64,000 nt of DNA. It comes from Dicyema japonicum. Its lineage: Eukaryota; Animalia; Dicyemida. Below the pieces are notes generated by a model. The model was not told where the DNA came from. It was given only the letters and a program-made list of their open reading frames with translations, and searched no databases. Location: NCBI GenBank assembly GCA_011109175.1, contig RDEW01000022.1:580273-644272 (forward strand). The letters run 5' to 3'. Below, piece after piece: positions 1 through 12,950 of this stretch. Position numbers and translations under genes: made by a program. How positions within the stretch are numbered: the stretch's first letter is position 1; each line of letters opens with the position of its first letter.

Positions 1-143
1 TTTGTCCACTTTCTTTGAATCAAACTGATGTGAACTCAGTCCCTTTTTGACTGGATTTGAGGCACAAAAACAAAATGAATAAATTTATTAGAAAGCACAA
101 ACAATATCATAAAGTACTCACAATTCTTAAATTTAATCAAAAA

Positions 144-1385
144 TCAACTTGCCAGGTTTTTCATGAAAATATCAGGGAAAATTCCATGTAGAAAATTCAT
201 TACATCAAAGCTCATCAAACAAATAGTAAGAGACCAGTGATTATGGGCAGACTCATAAAGAACAGGGAGCAAGGAATCAAGAAATAGATCAGGGTAGCGA
301 TGAATTAAATTTAGCATCCATTCATGGCGTGGAAAAGTAAGAACCTTCTCAGCAATCTCAAATAATTCCACAAAAACCTGATGGCAAAGATCCCCATAAA
401 AAGGTACCAAGAACTCAACAAACTTATGACACAAATCAAAGCCCACAAGACTCACGTTCACAATTTGAAATAGGCGGCCAATTTCGTCAATAATCAAAAC
501 CTAAATCACCAAAACCCATCAAACTCCTTTTCTAGAACACCTCCTGGGGTAAATCTTTATCAAATACTTCAAAACCACTTCAAACAAGCCAGGGTCCTTC
601 CTCACAAACTCACAGGCACACAGCGACAACTTCAATAACACCAAGTCCAACCCGAACGTGAAAGGCGTACAAACACCTACTTTTGTGAAGCGGCAATATA
701 ATATTCTTAAGTAACTCGACATTTTTCTGTTTCAATGGGACATTAAACCCCTCAATTATGCACTGGAAGACTGTCAGGAGCTCCCGCACCCCGTTGAAGG
801 TTTCTCCGTCGTACAGGAACCTGGTTCGACTAAATTTTACCAGAGAATCATGTTCGACATGTATTTTAACAGGGAACTCCTCAGAGAGATGATCTTCGAG
901 AAGATCTTGTGCAGAATAAACTCCAAGTAACTCCGTTCCATCAAATCCTTGGAATCCAACATCAAAATGACACTCTTAGCAAGACTTTTAAAGGGCTTGG
1001 CTTTAAGGGCTGTCTCGGGTAGGGAAAGATCCAGGAAATTAAGGAAGTATTCGTAGACGAGCTGCTTTGGGAGGTACAAAACTACCTCCAGGTGAAACCA
1101 CATTGGTTCATTCGCAGTCTCAGGAAGTTCAATGTCGATTCCGTTAAAGTACTCGTATTTTGGAAGAGTTCGAAATATGTTTAACTGAATCATAGTCAGA
1201 GAGGCTGAGATGAAGTCAATCCCCATGGGAGAGGACTTATTTTGGGCGCAAAAATCGATTAGTTCCTCGAGAAGATGTCTTTTATTTGTCTTTTCCGTTA
1301 TCATGGTGTTTTTTGTAAAGTCAAAGATTACATAACATTTTTTGAGTTTAATAATGCAGTCCTGTTCATTTAGTATCTGATTCAT
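144..1385 (-). CDS. PPP2R5: PP2A regulatory subunit B56 (B') family, highly divergent, multi-exon; the 3' end may extend past 144
   Basis: Spliced translation follows B56 motifs in order: KLKKCYVIFDF, WFHLE|LVYEYFLNFL, LDSKDLMERSYL..ILHKI, FNGVRELL, GFNVPLK, ILPLHK, HQ|IAEKVL, HNHWSLTI. Tiny GT-AG introns include 1062-1085 (24 nt), 20 nt, 22 nt and 21 nt. Confidence 0.85.
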
Positions 1386-1584
1386 GGCTATGGTAGATAA
1401 AAAATGATTACTTGGTTTGCAAAAATAGAATTGGAATAACCTTTACTGTTTTTGCCCACCGGGGAAGAAAATTCTATTTAAAAAATTTATTTTTTAAATG
1501 AATTTAATTTTTTAAATTATATCCAAATTAATAGAAAATCATTTTTTGTGTTCCCTAATGTATATGTAATTTACTTGTTTAGCT

Positions 1585-2247
1585 TGGAGTCATGTGGTTC
1601 ACCGGATACAACGAATGTGGAGGCGCTCAGAATGCTCTTAAAGCATCTCGAAAAAGAGCCACTAGCTGTCTTCCACCGGTGGTATATGTCGCCCCTGGTC
1701 GACGGATTACTGGTCTGGCATCAGCTTCTCGGATTCGTGATCTACACAAGTCAAAAGACCGGATCTCTGTTACACAACTAAACGTGAACGGAATTAAAGG
1801 CAAAATTATTGAACATAGAACTCTGATTGTTAAACTCAAAGTTGACATCGTGCGATCGCACTAAGAAACGTGGAGGAGGACTACTTACATTAATCAGAAA
1901 AGACTTAAACTATGAGGACCATACACTCGAAGTGATGAAACCACGGTGATATGCGGTGATTTGAATGCCAAACACTCTCTCTGACTGTTAAATCAGTCTG
2001 CAGATACAAGAGGAAATTTGCTGCTGTCGAAGTCTGGCAATCTGATAATCATCAATGACCCATCAATAAACACAGGAACACCTCAAAGGAACTCTGACAA
2101 TCCAACCTCCCAGATATCACACTCTGTTCGCCACAGCTTTCAACAACAATTAATCGGTCCGTCATCTACGACACCCGAAGTGATCATAACCCTATTCTGC
2201 TAAAAATCAAAGAGAAATTAACAGTGGAACGAAGGAACTTGCATATA
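1585..2247 (+). mobile_element. Jockey/I-like LINE, 5' part (leader + APE endonuclease), split by the pogo insertion
   Basis: Leader motif TGGAGTCATGTGGTTCACC; QLNVNGIKG, CGDLNAKH and HNPILLKI endonuclease motifs; the reading resumes at 5892. Confidence 0.8.
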
Positions 2248-2339
2248 CAGTCAACCCTCTCTATTTGGTGTTCACTATTAAAAAATGGTGATCGTCAAAT
2301 GATTGTGAACATAAAATATTTAAATTTTTATTTTTATAT

Positions 2340-3640
2340 AATCATTTAATCTTTATTTAACAAACAATAAAACAGTAAATATATTTATTAATCAACAACC
2401 TTCCTCGCCTGCCTGTTCGCCAGCCTCCTCAGGCAGGTTCGATTCTGGTTGCTGAAACAACTCCGAGAGCAGCTTGTCTAATTGAACCCTCTGCCCATAT
2501 GGCATCTCAGGGCTCTTCTCCTATACTCCAGTGTCAGGATATCTAAAGTCCGCTTTAATACAGTGGACAGTAGATAGGCCTGGAGCTTCCTATCTACCCC
2601 CAACTGCTTCAGATAACCCTTGTGGTACATTGTTGCAATTCCTTCCCACGTCATTACTATTGGAATAACGAGGACCTTGCAACCAAGCATCTGCCCCATC
2701 TCGTTTGCAAGAAAGTCATACTTCCTTTTTTTCTCCACCTCCACAGTCTGCAAACGGTCTTGAGACGTGATGCCAACCTCTATGATAAGGACTTGGCCAG
2801 ACTCCTTATCGTGTACCACAATGTCCGGTTTATTGTGCTTGACTAGCACCGAGGTACGGATAACACTGTCTACCTTAATTTGGACCCTGGTGTTCTCTAC
2901 TACAGATTGCACCTTATGAGTCCGCAACTTTCTGGTGTGGCGAATACCATACTTATTGCATAGTAGAAGATGAAGACTCCTTACTACCTCGTTATGCCTC
3001 CACACATAGTCGTGGCAGAGCATGGATCCACATCGAGTGGCTAAATGATCAACCGACATGCTCCTTGACTTACAGTGGGGACATGTATTTGTTGATCGAC
3101 CCCAAAAAATATTGCGGTCTTGCATATACGTGTACAACGCCTCCGATCGAGGTGAGTTGTCACCGTATTTTAGCCATATTGTCGACGACTTAAGGTCGAC
3201 ATGTGGGTTGTCCAATGCTCTGAAGAGGACCTTATGAAGGCTTTTTAAGTTGATCTTTTCCATCAAATTATTATATTGTAATTCGATCAACGCCTTCACA
3301 TTTACTAGCCCACCATCATCAACACCATACTTAGCAGACAAAAAAGGTCTGATAGTGCCTAGGTGGGTTGCCCGTGTTTTCTCGGTCGTTATTATGGCGT
3401 GCTTCCTAGCAGACACACTTGACCCAGCTATCAGGGTGTCGTGCATTCGCATTAGGATACGCTCACTTAGTTGGACTACTCCACACAGTCCACGGCCGAA
3501 TTTATCACGGGGTAAATATAGTCCTCTCTTATTGGCTGCCAGCACATGGACATGATTCTCTCTAAGTACTCCACGGATCATAACATCATCCATCATACTC
3601 CTTGGGCTTAAACCCACAACACCTATGTAGTAGTTTAGCA
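2340..3640 (-). mobile_element. R4/Dong-like non-LTR retrotransposon, 3' part (RT end, CCHC knuckle, restriction-like endonuclease)
   Basis: 379-aa ORF 2478-3617 with GRGL, CPHC..H....C, HNEVVR, NKPDIVV, IEVG and EKKRKY motifs. Confidence 0.9.
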
Positions 3641-3699
3641 GCGAACAGCATACTCATTAATGCTAGGAACAAATTCCTTGCATTTTGAGACGTCTTACA

Positions 3700-4300
3700 A
3701 ATAACGCTGCTCTTATTTTATATAATAATAAATATTATATTATTTTAAGAACACCCCACTTATTTAACAAACACAATAAAGTTAATATATTTAATCAACA
3801 ACCTTCCTCGCCTGCCTGTTCGCCAGCCTCCTCAGGCAGTTCGATTCTGGTTGCTGAAACAACTCCGAGAGCGCTTTGTCTAATTGACCCTCTGCCCATA
3901 TGGCATCTCAGGGCTCTGCCTCCTATACTCCAGTGTCAGGCTCTCTAGGGTCCGCTTTAACACAGTGGACTGTAGATAGGCCTGGAGCTTCCTATCTACC
4001 CCCAACTGCTTCAGATAACCCTTGTGGTACTTTGTTGCAATTCCTTCCCACGTCATTACTATAGGAATAACGAGGACCTTGCAACAAGCATCTGCCCCAT
4101 CTCGTTTGCAAGAAAGTCATACTTCCTTTTTTCTCCACCTCCACAGTCTGCAAACGGTCTTGAGACGTGATGCCAACCTCTATGATAAGGACTTGGCCAG
4201 ACTCCTTATCGTGTACCACAATTTCCGGTTTATTGTGCTTGACTAGCACCGAGGTACGGATAACACTGTCTACCTTAATTTGGACCCTGGTGTTCTCTAC
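3700..4300 (-). mobile_element. Second, shorter head-to-tail copy of the same R4/Dong-like 3' end
   Basis: About 3770-4300 is near-identical to about 2370-2900, with a few substitutions and indels. Confidence 0.9.
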
Positions 4301-4344
4301 TATATATATTTTTTTTATAAAATATTTTTTTAACAATTAAACAA

Positions 4345-5150
4345 ATGTCATGATGTGGACTTCGTCTCGCAAAATGGGGAGGCCCTATTGGGATTACTCG
4401 AGACGGCACCAAGAGTATTCGAAAAATGGTCACTAAATATCAACAAAGACAAAACAGAGCTGACAACTTTGATGAGGAAGGAATCTATTCTGGAAGAGCA
4501 TTGGCGAAAGGTTAAAAAGCTGGATCCCTGCTTGGAGATAAAGAAGACATCATTGCACGGAAGATTAAAGCAAATACGGCCTTATACAACTTGAGAAGAA
4601 ATTGGTTTCTAAGAAAGAAGGGCTTGAATCGAGAGATCAAAATTCGACTATACAATTCGTTAGTCAAACCAATACTCCTATATAATGCAAGTTCTTGGTC
4701 ATTAACCCTAAATGACATTGAAAAACTAAACTCCTTCCATCGGAGACAACTACGAAAGATTCATTCGTGCTGGGACCGTATGATAACAAGAAGTCAAGAA
4801 CTATACTCTACTACGTCTTCTAAACCGATTTCACTAGACATCATGGAATTTCATTGGAGCCTATTTGGACACATCCTACAGGGAAATATCGAAACTCCAG
4901 CTAATGTTGCCATGGAGAATACTTTCAAACCGAGGACGTCCGAGAGCATCACTGGCCACGACACTGAATGAAGACCTGAAGAGAATAGGATTATCTCTAA
5001 CTACGGGAGATGACCTGGACTACTTGAGGGATTTGGCTCAGGATCGTGGAAAGTGGAGAAAATTAACTAAAAAAATTAATGTTTGGTACTGCACTGGTTT
5101 TGTCATATCCAATGGCAAGACGTTGTGCTTTATAATAATAATAATAAACA
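4345..5150 (+). mobile_element. RTE-clade LINE, 5'-truncated, 3' end with (TAA)n tail
   Basis: KIRLYNSLVKPILLYNASSW, LNSFHRRQLRKI, LFGHIL, RGRPR and DDLDYLRDLAQDRGKW; ATAATAATAATAA tail at about 5132-5146. Confidence 0.85.
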
Positions 5151-5891
5151 AATGTCAGTTGAGGAAGCCTGCTGCGTGGAACCCTTCTCGTTGATATAAA
5201 ATTATTTAAAATGAATAAATTACACGTTTTACAATAGTTTACATGGTACAAAATCGAAACGCCTATCATTTTTAAAAAGAAGGAAATCATAGAATTTTTC
5301 ATAAACATGGAGATTACACACAGCGTGATTTATCTTTTATGTGCACACTTGATTGAATTTTAAACTAATGATGCCATTGTAGATCACGAAAGTTACAGAA
5401 AAGTTGAAGAAACTCACTCTATTGAATTGCCTGATAATCATAAATCAAACTTGGCTTGAAATATCAGAATTGACAATTACAAATTATTTCAAGAAATTTT
5501 TTGAAAATCCGTTAATACAGAACCTGACAGAAATAAAAGAAAAAGATGATGAAAATTTTATGATTCATGAGAATAATCAAATTGATGATGAAAACTTCAT
5601 ACATAACTTTTTGAGAAAACTAAAACAGCATGGCGAAGTTGAAGAGAAAGATGAAAAAATTCATGTTCCGACACTACATGAAGTTAATGAATAACCAAGG
5701 CGCTCGAATTATGGTTTCTTGAGAATGATTATGAAAGAAGAGAAAAAGTTTACGAAATTATCATCTAATCATTCACAAAAAATATCCGATTACATGAAAA
5801 AATTCTTTGTTCTATTTTTTTGTTCTCTATTGAAGATTAGTGAACATCGTGTTTTTACGTGGACATTTTGTTTCATAGAGAGGGTTGACTG

Positions 5892-7260
5892 TATATATAC
5901 AATCTTGCAAATTGGCAATTACTCCGATCACTTACGGATCAACATTTGGCTAATATGTAGCTGGAAAAACTTTACCTCCCTTGATATGGCGGTTGCTTAC
6001 GGAAGATCTATGGCTGTCCTAAAAGATATGCAGTCTACACGAGTGAGTACGGAAGGCTCTGGTCAAGGAAAGGAACTGTCTCAAAAAGCAAGGATTCGTT
6101 CCTCCGAAGCAAGGATCCGTCTAAAAGTGCTGAACGAGGAAATAAAAGCCAAAAAATTCAAAATCAGAGAGCAAAATGGAAGATCCTTACGTCATTAAGT
6201 CGTAACCGGTCAACGTCTGAAGTCTGGAAAACTATTCGAAATATCTCGAAGGTGGATGAGAGGACACCCAGAAATGACGAATTCATCCAAAAGGACCTAA
6301 ACACCTTAATAAAATACTACGCGAAAATCTCTCACAAAAACCATGAGGACTGACCACCCAAACCGCCGCTAAGAAAACCGAAGCCGCAAGAAAGAAGAGG
6401 GACAATTAACTTATTTCATTGAAAAGGAGGTAATGGCATCCTAAGCCAAACACAAGTAACACATTCACATGGCCCAAACGGAATTCCATAATCCTCCTGA
6501 AACACCTAGGCAATGAGGGAATCGGTACCTTGACCAAAATCTACAACTGGTCGATTAACTATAACTCAATCCCAACGATGTTGAAACTTGCGAACATCCG
6601 CCCAGTATTGAAGTCTGGAAAACCGAAAGAAGACCCAGCTTTCTTCAGGCCTATTTCTCTCTTGTTCTCCATGTCAAAAATTCTGGAAAAGCTCATTCTC
6701 CCAAAAATCACTGAGAGGACCCCCGATAAACCGTTCCAGGATGGTTTCAAAAAGGATCGGTCCACAACAAATTTCCTCAGCTCCCTGACTAACTTTATTC
6801 GATCTGGATTTCTGTGTAAGCCAAGACACCAGAAAACCGTGTTATGTTTACTGGACATCCACAAAGCTTTGGACTCTGTGCTGAGAAAAAATCTAACATG
6901 AAAAATCTACCAATCAGATATCCCCAATAACCTCAAACTCTGGCTTACTAACTTCCTTAGCGGACGGAGAGGAAGAGTGTGCATTGGAAACATTTGTTCT
7001 GTCTCCCGTTTATTCCCAAATGGAGTACCTCAGGGTTCGTCGCTATCACCATTCTTATTCAACTTATTTACGGCTGACATCCCGACGGCGAATGGAGAAG
7101 ACGACCTGTCTCTGGCTTATGGAGACGACATCGTCTTAGCTTCACGGGATCAGAACATCCAAACAGCGACGGGAAGAATACAACAACACCTCGATCGACT
7201 ATTCGAGTGGTTTAATGAAAATCGGATGTCAATCTCTGTACAACTGTTAGGAAAAATGTT
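5892..7260 (+). mobile_element. Jockey/I-like LINE, continuation (linker + RT), degenerate
   Basis: FRPISLL, LEKLIL, FQDGFKKDRST, LLDIHKALDSV, GVPQGSSLSPFLFNLF and AYGDD. Confidence 0.85.
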
Positions 7261-7329
7261 TAAAAAGCAGAAAATACACGAGAATATGCTTGCCCTAAAG
7301 CTTTTTTACGTTCAATGCTAGAGGAATAT

Positions 7330-9380
7330 CTAAGCCTCAGTCAAGAAATAGTGATGACCTAAAATGATATAACGATTCAATTGGCTGTGTACAAGAAACA
7401 AAAATTACTTATTTTTCTCGATGAAAGCCATGGAAAATATTGACTAATATGCTTACCCAGTGACTCAAAACACCATGGTTTTGGATTCGTCATTCACAGA
7501 AAACTATCTTCATTTGGCGGGTGAATGACAGGATCTGGTAATACAGATCCGTCTGAACAACCAATGTTCCCCTAAAAATACACTAACAATTATAAATGTA
7601 TATGCGCCACACTGTGGAAAAGTGGCAAAAAACCCGACCGAACTGGATGAATTCTACTCAGCATTATCAAAGACGTATAATGAATATGAGTCGTCCTCAC
7701 TTGTATTCATTGCTGGCGATCTAAATGCGAAAATTGGAACAAAAAAGAACTCAGAAATACATTTATGAAAAGACACGGATTTGGGAAAAGAAACTTGCTT
7801 GGGACCATACTTAGCCATTTCTGCACGACAAACAAATTGTTCTTGTGCAACACTGCATTCTCTCATCGTGCATGTCACACAAGCATTTGGATGGGCGAAC
7901 GAAGAAACCCAGATGGAGAACTAGTCCCTATATAACTAAATTGATTACATTATATGCCGGATTAACGACAAACGCTCTCTTATAAACGCAGGGTCATACA
8001 AAGGTTCAACAACTGTCACAGAATGGTTACTGTCACCTGGCAAAACATTGTATCAAAAATAAGAAACATAACATTACAAACAGTCATATTGAGAATACAA
8101 GAAATGGACACGCAACGGAAAAACTGATCTCTTATCCAGATACAGTCAAAAATTACCCAAAATGCATCTGCTCTTATCTGAAGGACCTAACAGTTGGAAT
8201 TTCGTGGGTTTGCACAAAGAATATAATAAACGAAGCTGCAAGCCAGTACCTCAGAACGCGGGGGATGATCAGTATGGGTCGGACGATACATCAGAACTAC
8301 CAAAGGAGTTAAAAGAAATCCATAAAAAAAAGTAAACGAAAAAGACTATAACAAGAGAAAAGCCCTTCAGGAGCAGAGGGAATAAATCCGTAGAAAAATC
8401 AGGAGACTGAACAAGACACTCCACCAATAAGAACTGCTTCGCAAAATCAATGAAGTAACCAAACTAAAAGATAATTCACAAATGTATATGGCCGCTCGTT
8501 TACTACGTCACACAAACCGGAAGGAACAAATAATCATCAAAGACAAAAATGGCAAGACAATAGTGAATACTGAAGAGCAAGCGGAGGCATTTGCAACACG
8601 TTCTGAGAAATTTTTCAATGTGACTATAGCAATCTCCCCATTCAACGGAAAGCCAAGACCCTTGAAAGATTCAATTGACAATTTAGGAAGTAAAAACAGC
8701 ATGTCAAAAACTAAAAAATAACATAAGCCCCGGACTAGATACGATAAACCCAAAATTACTGAAATACGGCCCTGACCCCTTTTTTGAAAAATCGCTACAC
8801 TACTAAATGAAATGTTTTCAACTAACTCAACTTTACTCCTGGGTACGGGATTACTAATACTTATACAAAAACCCAAAGGACCGGTTGAAAACTTACGACC
8901 GATTATATTATCAATTTCTCTACGGAAAGTCCCAGCTAACATTGTTTTGGAACGGATAAAAGGACCCGCCTATGAATACCTACCCGAAAGTCAAAGTGGG
9001 TTCAGAAAAGGAAGATCAACAGCTGATGCAGTCTGGAGTCACAGATGGAGATGTGCAAGACATCAAAGATATTGCAATACCACCTCACATTCTGGAATAG
9101 ATCTATCAAAAGTCTTTGACGCGGTTAACAGGAACAAATTGATGACATTGCTGGAAGGGTTTCTTGACGAATCGAGTCTATGAATGATCCAAATCCTTCT
9201 ATCTAACACCGAGCTCCTTGTGAGAGTTGGAAACACCTACTCAAGAAAATTTGAAGCAAACACAGGCACTCTTCAAGGAGACTCCCTCTCCGTTACTATT
9301 CACAATATACTTGGAGGCCGCAATGAGGGAACTGAAACCATTATATTCAAGGAAAAATAGAAGAAGTGATTTATGCTGAT
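7330..9380 (+). mobile_element. RTE-clade LINE remnant (endonuclease + RT)
   Basis: IINVYAPH, IAGDLNAKIG, QIDYIIC, LRPIIL, QSGFRKGRSTAD and IDLSKVFDAVNR; many stops and frameshifts. Confidence 0.8.
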
Positions 9381-10227
9381 GATTTGGAGACACTAATTAA
9401 AAAAAACAAAAAAAGACACCAATGCCAAGAAGGAAGTGCTCGCCTGCAGCGAACTTGTGTAGGCTCAAGGGATCAACACCGAGCAAAGATGAGAGCCATG
9501 ATTCAATTCGTCGGGGTCACTTAGTTAGTTTTCTCGGTTTAACAGTGGTCTTTAGAATTAATTTTTTTTAATTTTAAACAATTAAAAATTATTATCAAAA
9601 ACACAAAAATCAATCAAAAATGATTCCCGCCGATATAATCGACGTTGCGTTGCCTCTCACAATACCAACAGAGATTAACTGGAAAAGCTACCGAGTCTCA
9701 CATGCGTCGTGGCTCTTTAGTGTTGCTAGGCGTCCCAGTTTCTTTAGGAAACGAAACAATTTCCCGCTTATTCATCATGTCTTTTTTTAAATATAAGTTT
9801 TTTTTCCGATTGAAGAAACAAGGCAGTAGTCTCCTTACTTTATAAAGGAAAAACATTAAATACATGAACATCTCTTAGGAAGTGAAAAGCCTCTTGACGA
9901 TGATGTCAATGAAATCATCATTATTTCACTTACATCAAAGGGAAAAATCTTCATTATAAACATCCGTACCTCTCACCTAGTTCCTCTCCGAAATGCTATG
10001 TAATGCCTGACATATCTACTCTGCTTATTTTGAATGACGTGGTCATCGGGAGTGACATGAACGCTAAGCACCCCTTAGGAGAGGGAAATTTCTGATAACG
10101 TAAAGCTGTTCCTTGACGGTCATAAATGATCCGTCGAAAAATGCAAGAACTCCCTACAAAGTGACTACCAAATAACTGTGTTCTCTCCCGCCCTGTCTGC
10201 GATTTCGTCATGGAGCTTATCATATAA

Positions 10228-10850
10228 CTAGGGCGATTTTTTTAACATAAAAAATAAAAAATTTAACCTAAAAAATTATCTTTATTAACCTAAAAATTAA
10301 AAAAAATTTAACTTTATGACTAAACAAAAAAAAACATTTATGTATTCTTTAATAAATTTGTTGTCATTTCCAAATTCCAACGATTCTAAACCATCATATG
10401 CTTGTTCAAATGTGAAGCGTGTACTTTCAAATTTCGTAATAATATCTGCAATAGCGACATTATTCGGAAACCTGGAATCTTCGAATAGCTTCGGATAAAT
10501 TCACATAGACTGCTAACTAACATGTGGTTTCTGAGACTTTCTTTTGCTGTTCGAACTAGATATCCATCATCCGCGAATGATTCGAAAATATTTTGAACTC
10601 CGATCAGATTTTCTGAATAGTATGTAGAGGCCATCTTGCACACGAGGTGGAATGGCGATGTTTCTGTCTTTGAATATTAGTTTTCTTTTATTGTTCTTGT
10701 TAATTGCTGCTTGTACAGTAACAGGACAATAGTTCGCTTTACATATAACTCTAGCAGCGACTACAACCCCATTATTTTGATGATCAAGATAAAAAAAGAG
10801 ATTTTCCACTTGTGAGAAGGAGAAATAGCAATTCAACTACAAACGTGCCT
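10228..10850 (-). mobile_element. hAT-like (CGGBP1-related) transposase remnant, family copy 1
   Basis: End begins TAGGGC with subterminal (A)TTTAACCTAAAA repeats; fragments resemble those of the 20.9-22.3 kb copy. Confidence 0.55.
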
Positions 10851-10955
10851 GCAAATTTTAATGCGTATTTACTGACAATCTCCTGCTTAATCTTTGCTTA
10901 GATGGTTGCACTTCCCTAGACAGAGTAGTCGCTTATGTCGACAGCACTATCATTG

Positions 10956-11810
10956 GGTTCCCATTCAAAATGGCTTCCATTCATAACGGCCTCCAATTAA
11001 TTTTTTCAGGTATTAGATAAGTTCATCAATAAAAATCACAAGATATTTTCCAATGTGTTTGACATCTTTAGGTAAAAAAGTCATCTTTTTTAAATCCTAT
11101 AAAAATTGATTTTAAGGGGTCTTATGGGTAAATGGAACATCTTACCAAAATCCTCGACATCTTTAGGTAAAAAATTCATCTTTTTTAAATCTTATAAAAA
11201 TTGATTTTAACGGATCCTATGTGTAAGTGGAACATTATACTAGGGTCCTCGACATCTTTAGGTAAAAAAGTCATCTTTTTTTAATATTTTTATATAACTT
11301 TAGAATGAAAAATTTATTTTCAAATGGAAAAAAAGAAAATAATTATAAATGTTAATAGAATACATATTCTACTAAATTGAATATATATTCTGTCGGATCC
11401 ATATTAAGTAGTTCTTCAACAAATCTCAATATATTCTTAGATAAAGCGATATATTTAGTTATTCTAAGAATTTTTTCTCCATTTTGTAATCTTAAGAATT
11501 TTATCATTATGCCTTTTCATAAGATTAAAAAAAGATGACTATTTACCTAAAGATGTCGAGGACCTTGGCAAAATATTCCACTTACCCATAAGACCCCTTA
11601 AAATCAATTTTTATAAAATAAAAAAATATGACTTTTTTACCTAAAGATGTCGAGACCTTGGTAAAATACCACTTAAAATCAATTTTTATAAGATTTAAAA
11701 AGATGACTTTTTTTACCTAAAAATGTCGTTTCGCTAAAATCTCGTGATGCTTATTGATGAACTTATCCAAAACCTGAAAAATTAATTGTAGGCAATTTTG
11801 AATGGACACG
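10956..11810. mobile_element. Foldback/MULE-like non-autonomous element with long modular inverted arms
   Basis: 9-bp duplication CTATCATTG at 10947-10955 and 11811-11819; termini ..CCATTCAAAAT / ATTTTGAATGG..; 95-bp tandem units on the left arm (11061, 11156, 11251) mirrored in reverse on the right arm; AT-rich non-coding centre. Confidence 0.85.
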
Positions 11811-12199
11811 CTATCATTGATGCAAGACCAATGCGTTGGAACCCGGGAAGAACACCGAGCAAGAATGAGATGGCTACTCGAGGAATCACCTGACGGCTAT
11901 GTAGTTATTTAATTTGTCGGTGATTTTTGGTTTTTAATAATTTAATAACCAGTTTATTTTACAAAAGTAATGTTAATAATTTAGTTAGAAGTATTTCCTT
12001 TTTATTAGCAAAGACGTCTTTTCAGTGTTTGGGGTTCTCCAACACACTCTAGATCATCCACAAAATTCGGTTCTGAGCAGTCCAAATTTACTTGTCCCGT
12101 CGTCCTGAAGAGTCTTTTGTTATCCATTCTCGGTATGGATATTATTTATTTCCTTCTTTAGCTCCTTAGCTCTTTCGATAAAACCCGTCTTATTCCTGT

Positions 12200-12950
12200 A
12201 TGAAACAATCATCGACTCAAAAGTTTTACTTATAACCAATGATTGAATATACGTATAGGTTCTTTGTTCAGAGATCTGGAATGTTCCCACGAGTGTGAGG
12301 TTACCAATCCATCCCAGGTCAGTACTATTGGGATAATCCTCACTTTCGCATGGTGTATTGATTCCAATTCTTTCGATAGAAGGTCATACTTTCTCAATTT
12401 TTCGAATTCTACTTGTTGGAGATTTTGGGTTGATGTTATACCTCAACCAACAGTATTTGATTTTTCTTTTTGTCGTAGATAAATAAATCAGGCTTGTGTT
12501 CAATGTTTATATAAGTTTTGATAAAAGAATCAACCTTTGTCTCTACCGAATCATTCATCAAAATTGTTTGCACTGAGTGGGTTTTTAATCTTCTTTCGTT
12601 TTTGAGAGCGTATTCATTGAAAAAATGAAAGTGAACGCACCGTACGACTTTATTATGTTTTCTGACGTAATCTCCGTGCAACATTTTGCCACATCTTGTA
12701 GCACAATGATCGACGGTTTTCTTTTATTTTTTACACAAGGTGCAAATCTTGTTCAGTTCTCCAAAGAAGAGATTTCTGTCCTGGACTAAACAGAACAAGT
12801 CTTTCGATTTTGGAGAGTTGTTCCCTTTTGCTAGCCACAGAGATGAAAATTCAGTGTTTACGAATTCTTCCGATAGGTTTTTGTACACTTGCGAATGAAG
12901 ACTTTTCATACTTATTTGTTTCTTTAAGTTTTCTTTTTGTAGGTCAATCA
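12200..12950 (-). mobile_element. R4/Dong-like LINE remnant, diverged relative of the 2.4-3.6 kb element
   Basis: SLWLAKGNNSP, QDRNLFF, HNKVVRCVH and HKPDLFIYDKKKNQILLVEV. Confidence 0.8.

Larger units (their letters stand above)
2248..5891 (+). mobile_element. pogo/Tigger DNA transposon with TA target duplication and nested LINEs
   Basis: TA|CAGTCAACCCTCTCTAT at 2248 and the perfect 17-bp inverted copy ATAGAGAGGGTTGACTG|TA ending at 5891; transposase C-terminal remnant LTLLNCLIIINQTWLEISELTITNYFKKFF at 5404-5694. Confidence 0.9.

Noticed and set aside
1585-1740. Canonical hammerhead, HDV or twister ribozyme in the leader
   Set aside because: No CUGANGA/GAAA core, no HDV L3/P1.1 or catalytic C, and no twister consensus found by eye; kept only as an unclassified structured RNA.
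2478-3617. Microsporidian origin of the whole contig
   Set aside because: Intron-dense genes, mitochondrial acyl-CoA dehydrogenase, a death-fold protein and GALC do not fit microsporidia.
2622-4246. Plus-strand ORFs of 74-101 aa over the R4/Dong copies (and many similar short ORFs elsewhere)
   Set aside because: Antisense shadows of TE or gene coding frames.
11061-11730. CRISPR-like array
   Set aside because: The units are whole 95-bp tandem repeats with no unique spacers, arranged as inverted arms with a TSD in a eukaryotic context.
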